Notes under the pieces: model-generated
Database searches by the model: none
What the model saw: the letters and a program-made list of their open reading frames with translations, nothing else
What the model was told of the DNA's origin: nothing
Position numbers and translations under genes: made by a program
DNA from: Vicugna vicugna
Taxonomy: Eukaryota
Assembly (NCBI GenBank): GCA_013265495.1
Contig: MU057576.1
Span: 468,982 to 532,981, forward strand
Direction of reading: 5' to 3'
DNA length: 64,000 nucleotides
Part shown: in pieces, positions 1 through 12,100 of the stretch
Numbering within the stretch: position 1 is the first letter of the stretch
How the letters are laid out: the number at the start of each line of letters is the position of its first letter

Positions 1-145
1 CAATTGTACTTTCCTCTCTCCCCTCCCAGCCGCTACTTGCCTGGTGAGGGCAGAATGTGTGGCAGGTGTTCTCTCTTAACCGTATATATAGCCTCAGGTT
101 ACCTGGGACAAACAGTCTCTCCCCCAGTACTGCTTTTCATTGCAG

Positions 146-3100
146 TGTGCCTGAAATGTGATCTCCAAGAGCGACTTCTCAGCCCGTCCCTGCTCCCTGG
201 CACAGCTGGTGGCTCCCTGCGAATGGATGACCCAAAAGGAGACTTCATCACACTCTACCAGATGGCTTCCCAGTCGTCAGCGTCTCGTTACAAGCTCCGG
301 GTGATCAAGTATGTTCCAGTCCATGCAAATGCTTATTCTTATGGGTTCCAGAACTAGGAAGTCCAGAGATAGAGGGCATCCCCAGGTGTCGGGCAACAGG
401 AGGTCAGTTCCAAAGCAGCAACGGCGGGTATGGGTATGAAAGAGCAAGGTCAGTCTGCTCAGTGTGTGGAGTTGAATGAGGAGATGGTGGGAGATGTGCC
501 TCAGTAGGACATTCTGAGGTCTGGATGAGGACTGAAAATCCAGAAAGTCTCTGAATGCAGAGAAAAACAAGATCAGCAGAAAGATGTTTATCCATTCAGT
601 AAGTGCTATTGAGTACCTACTTTGTTTAGACATCAGGACAGAGATCTGACCCTCAAGGAGCAAGTGGTACATAAGATCTACTCCACCTTCCCATTTCTTT
701 AAGTACTAGAATTCCTGCTTCCAAGAGAATAAATGCCAGGGTGGAATTAGCAAGGATGGCAAAGACCACTTTCACTGTTTCCTAGATCCTATCACATGCC
801 CATGTACAGGTACCTGAGTAAGCTTGACCATGAATGCTGCTGGGGAACCTTCTTAAGTGCATCCTTTTCTGAAATGCATCTTCTGTCAGCATTTTGCCAC
901 AAAAAAGCCAGGTCTGGGATGCAGATGGTTAACATACTGCTGTGTAATACGGTTGCTGCAGCAGGAGTGAATGGAACAGAATGAGCTCAGGAGAGGCAAC
1001 ACCCATCAGAGTCATGAAACCTCATGATGGCTGCGCCATTTAACAGACTCTGAGACCCTGCTGTGGGCCAGAGACCTTGCTAGGTCCTGGCCATACTATG
1101 AGTAATTCACAGGCCCCAACCTAAAGGACTTCACAGTAGGGTCTTGGACTTAAGCTGAATTTAAGTGGATCTGGGTCAAGGTTCTGGATATCACTGAGGA
1201 GACTTTCGCTGCCATTGTCTTTTCCCAGGGCTCTGAAATCCAGTGGGGTCTGCGAATCACTGACATATGGACTCCCATTCATCCTCAGACCCACCAGCTG
1301 TTGGCAGCTGGACTGGGATGAGCTGGAGACAAACCAGCAGCATTTCCATGCTCTGTGTCACAGCCTGCTGGTGAGTACCCATGTCACCAGGTGAGGAAGA
1401 GGGCGAGTGTTAAAGCACCACAGAAAAGCAGCTAACTCAAGCCTGCCCTGATCCCAAACCTGCCCCAGTCCACAAGAGGACAGGAAAATTGGACGTCCTC
1501 TGAAACGTGGACGAAATATGAGTTGCCTTTGTTGGTTTCACGCTACCATGAATAATTCCTGAAGTCAGTTATATGACACTAAACTTGAAAATCCCTAATT
1601 TTGTATATTTAAATGGCAACCAGAAATTTTCCATGAGTAACTATATTTTAAACTCTATTTTCTTCCTATCATCATGCTGGACATTATGGTTTATTTCAAT
1701 GAAGGGCACTTGGGCCAGACGTTGTGCCAAGCCCTAGATAGTCAGTCTATTATGATACACATTATCTACGGTCTCAAGAAATTTACTCTCTAATGGCAGA
1801 GGCGGGATTAAACATATATATTCTTAATCGTGAGAAGTTTATGAAGGAAAAAAAGAGGCTGCTATAAATAAGTGAAGGTGACATTGAAACTGAGATCTGC
1901 CAGGTGAAATGGGAATTAGAAAGGTGAAGGGCGGCAAGAAGAGCATCCCAGGTGCCGAGAAGGGCATGTGCAGAGACCCCGAGTCTGGAAAGAGCTGGTC
2001 CTCGAATCTAGAATGGGGAGGGCTGCTTGAAGCTCGTGTCTGACATCAGCCCTGGATGGTAGAGCTTCTTGCTGATCTTGACCTTGTATCCGAGTTAGCT
2101 CTTCCCTCGGTATATGTTTAATACCCTGTGCTTATCTTTGACTTAAACCCCTGTTTACATGTGGCTCTCACTTGTAGTGTCTGAGGTAAGAACAAGTTTG
2201 TGAAAGAGAAATCCATTGGCTTGATGCGAATCCTGGAGACCCCAAGTCTCTTGATCTGTGTAGGGTATTAACATGTAAGAGCCGCCGATTCCAGGATTTC
2301 TCTAGAAGCTGCAGGAGTCCTGAACCATTGTCATTTCTGTCTCGCCGGCCTGACGGGCTTGGGAAGGTCCGAGCCTTATGACCCACTTTCCTTTCTTACC
2401 CGATGTTTTCCCGCCAGGACACCGAGGGTTGTTACTTGCCTTGAGTTGGAAAACAGTTTACATTCACACATGTAAATTTATTCATCCTGTTAATTTATGT
2501 AAGGTTTCTGTACGCAATTCTCAATTCTTTAAGAGATGACAAACAGATTTTGGTTTTCTTTTGTCATGTGAGAACATGAGGCCTCAGCAACACGTCATTA
2601 TGAGGAAATAAGAGTGCTGCAGTAAATAGATCGGGAAAAAAAGAATGGGGAGGATTCTGGGGAGGGTATGGCTCAAGTGACAGAGCACACGCTTAACGTG
2701 CATGACGTTCTGTATTCGATCCCCAGTACTTCCCCTAAGAATAAATAAATAAATAAGTGAACCTAATTACCTCCCCCCACCAAAAAAAAATTCTAAAAGA
2801 AATAATAAAAAATTAAAAAAGAATGGAAGGACCATTGTGACTGAAACAAAAAAAGCCAGGAAAGAGAGCCAAAAGATGGGGAGCCAAAAGTGAGCAGGGG
2901 TCGAATCACACAAAGCTTTGTAGGCCACATTAAGGACTATTGGACATTAAGTACAGAAAGAAATCGTTAGAAAGGACATCATCCATTTAAGTTTTGAAGC
3001 TAGTAATTGTGCCAATATTTGGAAATGAACTTTCAGACGCAAGAATGAAAACAAGAAAAATGAGGTAGGAGGGCACTTACAGGAGTCTAGGCAAGAGATG

Positions 3101-6100
3101 GTTGTGGCTTGGACTTGGATGTGGGAAGTCAAGATGAGAAAAGTAAAACACACGTTTTAGAGAAAGAACTTGAAGGATTGGACGGTAGGGAGTGAGGAAG
3201 AGGAACGTATCAAATAATGGCCTGATTTCTGATTTAGCATTTCCTGAAATGGAAAAACTAAAAGAGCTTATACATGAAACAGAAAATTTACACTCCATCT
3301 AGCAGTGTATTAAAACACAAATGTTTATTAAAAATTTTTTTTAATTAAAAAAATATAAAAAATTAAAAATAAAAAATAAATAAAACACAAATGTTTAAAT
3401 GCGAAATAAAACACCTGCAAATACAATCCAAAGATTGTATAAGTGCTAACTGGGTGTGGAATAACAGTTTGACCCGGTAGGATATGGGAGATCAGGGCAG
3501 CACGGTAATGCATCTCTTTCACTATCAGAAACAGACTTCTTTTTTCCTGTTTCAAAGCCCACACTCCCTTTTAGCCCAGACGCCGCCCACTGAGTTCCTG
3601 TTTCCTATCTGAAGAACACGCATCTGTCTTTACAGAGCAGAGACCATAGATACCTCCTCACTGCTAAAGCCCAGCGGTTCCATTTCCTATGCCCAATTCT
3701 GCTTAATCCCTCAGGGTCTTGGGGAGCCCCTCGGGAGAAATTTCTCTCAAGGGACTTCAATACATTTTTAATTTATTTTTTCATTGAAGTATAGTCAGTT
3801 TGCAATGTTGTGTCAAAAAATACGGAACGCTTCACGAATCTGCCTGTCATCCTTGCTCAGGGGCCATGCTAATCTTCTCTGTGTCATTTCCATTTTAGTA
3901 CACGCACTGCTGAAGTAAGCACCAATACATTCTTATAGTACGTGATATTTTAAACACGTGCATTTTAATACGCTGCTAGATGGAGTGTAAATTTTCTGGA
4001 AAATGGCACCCTTCAACACTTCAATTCCAATGTTGAGAATATAACAGCCCAAGAAAACTATCAGAAACGGGAGCAAAGGTCTATATACCAGCATGCTTAT
4101 CTCAGTGTTATTTACAATGGTAAAAAAAAAAAATTGGAGGGTATGGTTAAATAGAGAAGTGGTAAAATTGAAATAGGGGAAAGGTAAAGGGAACAGTAAT
4201 TCAGCCAAACAATGAATACTGTGTAACCATAATAGTTCACAATAAGGATGGGCAAGAGTATTCTCTTCCGTCTGGCTTATGTTAGGTAAGATCAGAGTCT
4301 CTCTGCTTCTGAACTCGGGGTTTGAGAATCTATAGTTATTTATTCAACAAATATTTATTGAGCACTGTGTGCCAGGTACTGTGCTAGGGGCCAGAGAGAC
4401 CTCTTCTTGATCACTCCTCTCATGTGGAAACTCACAAGATGCAGTTGACCCATCACTAATAGATAACCCATTTTTTGTAGCACTTGCTAAGCGCTAGTCA
4501 CTCAACCAAGCTCTTTGAGTACTTTACCTCATTTAATCCTCGAGATAATTATGTGAGATAGAGATGGTTGTCCCCATTTTTACAGATGAAGAAGACTGAA
4601 GTCTGGAGAAATCAAGTAACTTGCAAAAGGTTACACAGCCACTGAAGTGGGCAAGTCAGAATTTGAGTGCAATTCAGTTGCCTGTATTAATTCATGCTTT
4701 GAACTCCTTGGCTAAATGCCCTTCTCCAGGTGTAGCCAGGTAAACACAGGCCACCACAGTGAGGGTCATTCTCCCTTCATGTACCACCCCACGCGTCTGT
4801 ACTTCCCTGGGCTCAAATTCACTTAAACTGATACTAGGTACTTGCTCCTTGCCCGTCTTGTGCTATTGTCTTCTCTACTCTGTGTTTGTTCCACCTCATT
4901 CAGATCCAAGACCAACACTCCTTTTCTGGGAAAGGGGGAGAAGCAAAATGGTGTTTGAATGGCTCTTCCTTCTTGCTTCTCACATGACATCTCTAAGCAC
5001 CAACATTATGGAGGGAAGCATTCTTCACAAGCTTCTGCTCATTCATTCAACAACAAATATTTTTGGAGTCCTTACTATGTGACAAGACTTATTTAGAGAC
5101 CTTCTTGGTCCTGTTATTACAAGTTTTCAGCACTTCCTTAACTCCCTCCTTGGTTCTGTATTCTTTCCTACACCTTTGTCATATGTCATCAGCTCCCCGC
5201 TTGAATCTCTTGACTTCTGTTCCTCTTCATGATGGTGTGATGTTCCCCTCCAGCTAATTTCTCATTCTGACTTCTGTCTTTCTGTTAATAGCAGCACCAC
5301 CATTGTCTACTCACCCAGGCTTGAAACCTCAGTCACTTTCAGCCTTCTCAGCCTTTACACCCACTTCATCACTAAGTCATATCAATTTTTTTCTCATGAT
5401 GTGAATTGTAACTGTCCTTTCCTTCCCATCCCCACTGCTTGTTCTTACCAAGACTTCTTCAGTAAACTCCCAACTGGCTTCCCTATCTCTGATCGCTCCC
5501 TCTTCTGACTTGCACTGCGCATTAGACCAGATTAACCCTGTTGGAGCATCCCCCATCACATATTGTTCTGTGACGCCAGAACTCCATGACTCAAGGCTTG
5601 CCTGCTCTAACCCCATAGCATCTACTGTGTATGTTTTGCCCTCTTCATTTTTATTATCACTCTCCTAGTTCAAGCCCCTTTTTACCTCTTTCCTTTAATA
5701 CTGCGATAATCTCGTAATTTGTCTTAGTCTCTTTAGTGTTTCCCCTTCCCAATCCACTTTCCATACTGCCACCAGACTAATCCTATTGAAACACAGCACT
5801 GAACCTGCCACTCTTCAGCTTAAACCTATTTTGTGACTTACTATTAATTATACTTTAAAGTCTATATTCCTTACTCAGGTATTCAGACTCCAGCCTTATC
5901 TCCCATTATTTCCCTCCCTGTATCATATAGTCCATCCAAATTAACATACAAACTTTAAATCGTCCTGTCTTTGAACTTACATTCAACTTGGCCTTTGTCC
6001 TATCTCCATCTGTTCAAATCCCACCCCGTTCTGAAAGACTCAGCTCAGATGGGGCTTCTACAATGAGGCCTTCCTGGATGCCTATATTTATCATTAGACC

Positions 6101-9100
6101 TTTGTATGTTCTATTTCTTTTGAGAGAAAAGCATATTTTAATTAGTTTTTTAAATATATATCCTATGATTTGAGTTAAAGTCTATGATATGAATTTGACT
6201 ACCCAGATTCCGGGATAACCTGGTTGCCTTTTCCTAGAGTTTCTACCATGTCTCCATTTTACCAGCTAATTCCTCCACCTTAGTCAAATTTAGGTTTAGA
6301 GTAGAAATTCTCCCTTTGTTATCTCTCTTTTTGGGGAGTCAAGGCAAGGCAGTTTTCTAATCTGTCTTGGTAAAGTATAATTTGTATTGTTCATGAAAAG
6401 CATCAGCTTCAGGCTTAGATGGCCCTAGATCCTGACAGCTTCACTATTTCCCAATTGTGTGAACTTTAGGCAACATACCTAACCTCTCTAAGCATCAGTG
6501 TATTTATCTATTTGTAACCCTAAGAAATCTAGTGGCTCCATGTGGTTTAGTCTCTGCATAAATAATGTATACAGAAGCACTACCTAAATGACAAAAAGTA
6601 ATTTTTAGCACATGAAAAAATGCTCAATATCACTAATTATCAGAGAAATGCAAATCAAAACTATAATGAGGTATCATCTCACACCAGTCAGAATGGCCGT
6701 CATTCAAAAGTCCACAAGTGACAAATGCTGGAGAGGCTGTGGAGGAAAGCGAACCCTCCTACACAGCTGGTGGGAAAGCATTTTGGTGCAGCCACTGTGG
6801 AGAACAGTATGGAGATTCCTCAAAAGACTAGGAATAGACTTACCGTATGACCCAGGAATCCCGCTCCTGGGCATATATCCAGAAGGAACCCTACTTCAAA
6901 ATGACACCTGCACCCCAATGTTCATAGCAGCACTATTTACAATAGCCAAGACATGGAAACAGCCTAAATGTCCATCGACAGATAACTGGATAAAGAAGAG
7001 GTGGTATATTTATACAATGGAATACTACTCAGCCGTAAAAACCGACAACATAACGCCATTTGCAGCAACTTGGATGCTCCTGGAGAATGTCATTCTAAGT
7101 GAAGTAAGCCAGAAAGAGAAAGAAAAATACCATATGAGATCGCTCATATGTGGAATCTAAAACAAAACAAAACATAAATACAAAACAGAAACAGACTCAT
7201 AGACATAGAATACAAACTTGTGGTTGCCAAGGGGGCGGGGGGGGGAAGGGACAGACTGGGATTTCAAAACATAGAATAGATCAACAAGATTATACTGCAT
7301 AGCACAGGGAAATATACACAAGATCTTGTGGTAGCTCACAGAGAAAAAAATGTGACAATGAATATATGTATGTTCATGTATAACTGAAAAATTGTGCTCT
7401 ACACTGGAATTTGACACAACATTGTAAAATGACTATAAAAAATATTTTTTAAAAGTAATTTTTAAATTAACTTATATGTGCTTCCAAAGAACACCAAAGA
7501 GGAAATGGTTCTTTACCCACAATGACAGATCTCAAATTTTCTTTCTCCCCTCCTCAATTATATCTAACCTGAGATGTTCCAAGAGCCTTTCGCACACACA
7601 TGCACACAGAAACTAAAGCTCTTTCTACATCCCCACTCCAGGGACACCACTGTCCTCGTCTCTCTCGTAGACTGACTGAGCCTCTCTGACACAGTCCCCT
7701 CCCTCTGAGGTCCTGTCTCTCTCTGCCTATATAAAGTATCCAAGAACAGAACCACAAAGCTTCTCCTTTCATGAGTAGACGTGGAGTGGGAGAGAAGGCA
7801 AAAAGGGAGATGTGTGACACACACATATTAGTGACCCTTGTCCCTCTCACGTGTGAAATAGAGACGGTAAAATATACCTCGTGTGGTTTTTAAAATGATT
7901 AAGTACTATTGCATGTGTGAAGCACCTAGCGTATGTCTGGCATGTGATTTGGACATAGTGGTTGGTTAGTAGGTCTGCAAATTCCATCTGTTGCTTTTTT
8001 ATGGATTCTAATTCTCTGGAGAAGTTCTCCATATTTTCATCTATTTTCTTGAACAAATTAATCATAGTTATTTTAAGGTACTTACCTGCTAACCTCAACA
8101 CCTGGATCGCCTGTGGCCTTGTGTCTATTCTTTTTCTTCATTTGGTTTTCAGACATGTTGGTCCTGCCTTTTGGCTCACCTGGTAGTATTTTAATGAAAG
8201 ATGCTGATTGTGCCTAAATAAATTGTAGAGGCTCCAGTTAGTGTTGGCTTCCTCTGGAGAGGGTTCATCCTGCCCTGCATGAAGCAGATAGAATGTTGGC
8301 AGATCACCCTTTTCCACCCAGGAGCTGTGCGGAGCCAAGACTGGACTGCAGTCCTGCTAAGGCTCAGTCTGCCCCTGGGTTGCTCCTGGCCCTGTGTATT
8401 GTGAGCGTCCCCTTCCCTTGAACGATCCCAACTCTAACCACTCTGTCCCAAGTCTGCTAGAACACTCCACTCCCAGAGGCTTTCTCTTTGGGTGTTTTTG
8501 CCCCCCTGCTCCATGCAGCCCCAGTATTTGGCAAATGTGCTGAGTGAGAAATCGGCCTGAGCACCCACCCAAGCCCTGCCAAGTCTCCACCAAAAGATTT
8601 GCTAGTTTTTTCTGTCCACTTGCAAGTGCCTTAGCAGGTGCAAATCCTAGATTCTCAGTTCCCACCCCACTCCCTCCAACTCAGAATCAACATATGCCCT
8701 CAGGACAAAAGAGGTTTCATTAACTCCCTCATCTCTCTGAGACTCAGCTACCTCTCCTTTTCATCGTCTCAGCACCTTCTCCCTGCATTCAGACAAATGT
8801 GTCTGTATATTATTCAGTGTTCCTGATGGTTCTAGGCAGGAGAACCAGTCTTCCTCTGGCCATTCCAACCCACTCAGATGTAGAAGTAGATGCTCATTAA
8901 ATGTTCATTTATTTATTCCCCCTTTGCATCCTTTATCTGATCAGACAGCCTATAGTACATTTTCTGGTCCACCCTCAGTTAGTTGGCTTGGCTCCACCAC
9001 GTTCTCATTTTCAGGTTCCTGCATCTCCTTACAAGTATAAGCATAGCTCAGCTCATTCAGTGCTATCTCCTCCTCCACCCTCCTTTCAGAGCAGTTCTTC

Positions 9101-12100
9101 TGAACAGAGTGCACACTGCCGTAATTAAATTCAAAGCGACAGCCCCACCAGACCTCATCAGCTCTAAATGTCGTGTGCCCTCTCAAAATGCACTTTAAGA
9201 AACTGCAGCCTTAAATGTCATTCCATTCTCTGGTTTTTCACTTGAAAATTGAAAGTTGGATTTTTATGTCCTCCTCACAAATTATTTTGTTTTATTTAAG
9301 TATTTTATATTTCAATTCCCTTTCCTCAGAAGAGTATCACTTTATCAGATAGCCAAGGCTCTTGATAATCCCATTTTCCTAGTCTTTTCCTGAAAAATAT
9401 GTATCTACCCATTTCTATAAATTTCACTTTTAGTTCAATCCAGATCACAAGAGAGCCATGTATTTTAACTGCATTCTTCAAATTTTCATGGACGTTTATC
9501 TAAGAATTATTAAATGATTTCAAATTTAACAAACATTATCTAATAATTATTAAATTTTAAAAGTTAACACTTCATGGTGCTTACTGTGTGCCTGAAACAG
9601 TTCTAAACACTTCATGAACATTAATTTATATTATCTCCATAACCATCCTATAAGGTAGGAATTATCTCTGTTTTACAGATGAGGTGGTTGAGGCCCAGAG
9701 AGGTTAAGTACTTTCCCAAGTTCACACAGCTAGTAATGGTAGAGCCAGGATTTAACCCAGAAAGATTGGCTGTAGGACCCAACTCTTAACTACTCTATAG
9801 CATAAGAAATTCATGATCATATTGACTGCAGGAGCTCTCTGAGATACATTCACTGCTCAGTAAGGACCCACAAGATAGCTTTTTCCAGACTTTATGCCTG
9901 GAAAAGCGGTGGGACTCCCTTCCAGGAAAAGTGGGTGGCTTACATTTTTATGATCTTGTCTAATCTTGGCTCTGTTATTGCCCTACCCTTATTTTTCCTT
10001 TGCCTGGATCACCTAAGCCCCCTAATTATTTTATATTTTTTTGTTGTTGCATTTTTCTAAACTTGGATTACTACTTTCTGGAATGTGGTAAGGAGTTTTA
10101 TGTATATGTAATTTTTCCAAGTATGTATTAGATGAATTTATTCATCACCAGGAAAACATCATTTCAATTACCAAATCATCCTGCATAGTCTCAGTTATGT
10201 AGCGAGTGACTCACTTTCCACATCCTCATTTCTCCTACAAAGTCATGTCTGTATGAACTAGAAAAAGAAATGAAAATACCACCTAGGTCTTTCAATTTCC
10301 TACTTAAAATGTCAGAGTCTCTGGACACACATTCCAGAGATTTACGGGCCATGTCTGCCCTAATTGGCCACAGAACTGACAGAATTCAAGCCAAGATGTG
10401 TCCAGCAGGAGTCTGAGTACACAGGCAATGACCTGGTTGGGCTGTAAATGGGTGGGGAAATGGAAAGTCCTTGGTTATATTAGGCAAATATTCAAGAGCA
10501 AGAATCCAAGCTGAGAGTGGGGTGATGGCAGGTCAGGAGACTTTAAAAAAATGATCAGAATGAAGTTAGAATGTACAGTCTGCAGGGCATATAGACAGGG
10601 GTTAGGAAAGCAGGAGGGCAGCGGGCTTCCTGTAACCTAGCCTTGTCTGTTTCCCTTGCTGCATCTCTCACCACGCCCCTTCCATCCTCCACTCCAGCCA
10701 CACTAATAAATTAGTAAATGTTTCCCAAATATGGTAAACTGTTTCATACTTCCACACTTTGTTTCATGCTGTTCTCTTCTCCTTCCCTCTATCCACCTGA
10801 CTAATTTCCAGTTTTTCCAGATTCTGCTTAAATACCTTCACTATGAAGTTTTTCCTGCTTCCATCACAGCCTGCCTGTCCCCAGTCATCATTTTTGCCCC
10901 TTCCCCACCCATGTACCTATTGCCGTATTTATTTTGACCTTCACAGAACTGATAAGCGGTATGAGTATGCACCTAGCTCTGTAAGAAATGTCACATCATT
11001 ATATTTTTCTAAACCAAATTTTTTAAATATTAGTCCCCAAGCACTAGGATGGTGAAACACTCAGTATCTTTATGAGTGCCTCTCTAGGGTCATGCTCAGA
11101 ATCCTAGTGGGGCTAACAGTCCAAAAAATGTGGCAAATGGCCCTTTGGTCTTCAGTACACCTCCAGTCCATCACTGAGTAGAAGCAACAGGGGCAGACAT
11201 CTTTGTCTTGTTCCTAATCTTAGGGAGAAATCACCCAGTCTTTGACCACTACCTGTAGGCTTTTTAAGAGGCCTTTGTTAGGTTGAGGAAGTTCCACTCT
11301 AATCCTAGTTTTTTTTAATGTTTTTAACCATGAATTTTATCAAATGCTTTTTCTGCATCTATTGAGATGATTATATAGTTTTGTCCTTTATTCTATTAAT
11401 GCAGTGTATCACATTGCTTGATTTTTGGATATTAAACCAACCTTGTATTCCTAGGATAAATCCCACTTGTAGTGTGTAATTCTTTTTATACATTGCTGGA
11501 TTTGGTTGGCTGGTATGTTGCTGAGAATTTTTACATCTATATTCATAAGGGGTATTGGCCTGTAATTTTCTTTTCTTGTGATGTCTTTGTCTGGTTTAGT
11601 ATCAGGGTAATACTGGCCTCATAGATGAGTTGCAAAGTTTTCCTTCATCTTCTATTTTTTGGGAAGAATTTGTGAAAGATTAATGTTTTTTTTTTAAAGG
11701 TTTGATAGAATTCTACAGTGAAACTATCTGGGCCTTGACTTTTTTGGTGGAAAATTTTCTGATTGCTAATTCTGTATCTTTACTTGTTGTGCAAAAAAAA
11801 AGTTAATATAGCAACCCTTAGATTCCTTTCCTTAGAAATTCCTGCTTGCAAGATGGACCCTTGGCTGGCATCTGGAAATTTGGATTTAGGGAGTGTTCCC
11901 CACCATTCCCTAAATAATGAGTGCCTAAACTGTGCAAAAATATGTGCTGACAACTGCTTTTCTTCTAGGAGTCTAGAATTTTGGTATGTACTAGTTACAG
12001 GGTGCCTACATGATCAGCCCTCCCAAAATGTTGGGCACTGAGTCTGTAATGACTTCTTCTGGGAGGCAGTATTTTACAGATGCTGTCACAATTCAATGCT

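Noticed and set aside
3815..3922. Functional U6 gene
   Set aside because: Many substitutions, fused L1 tail and TSDs indicate a retrocopy; no upstream PSE/TATA arrangement recognised.
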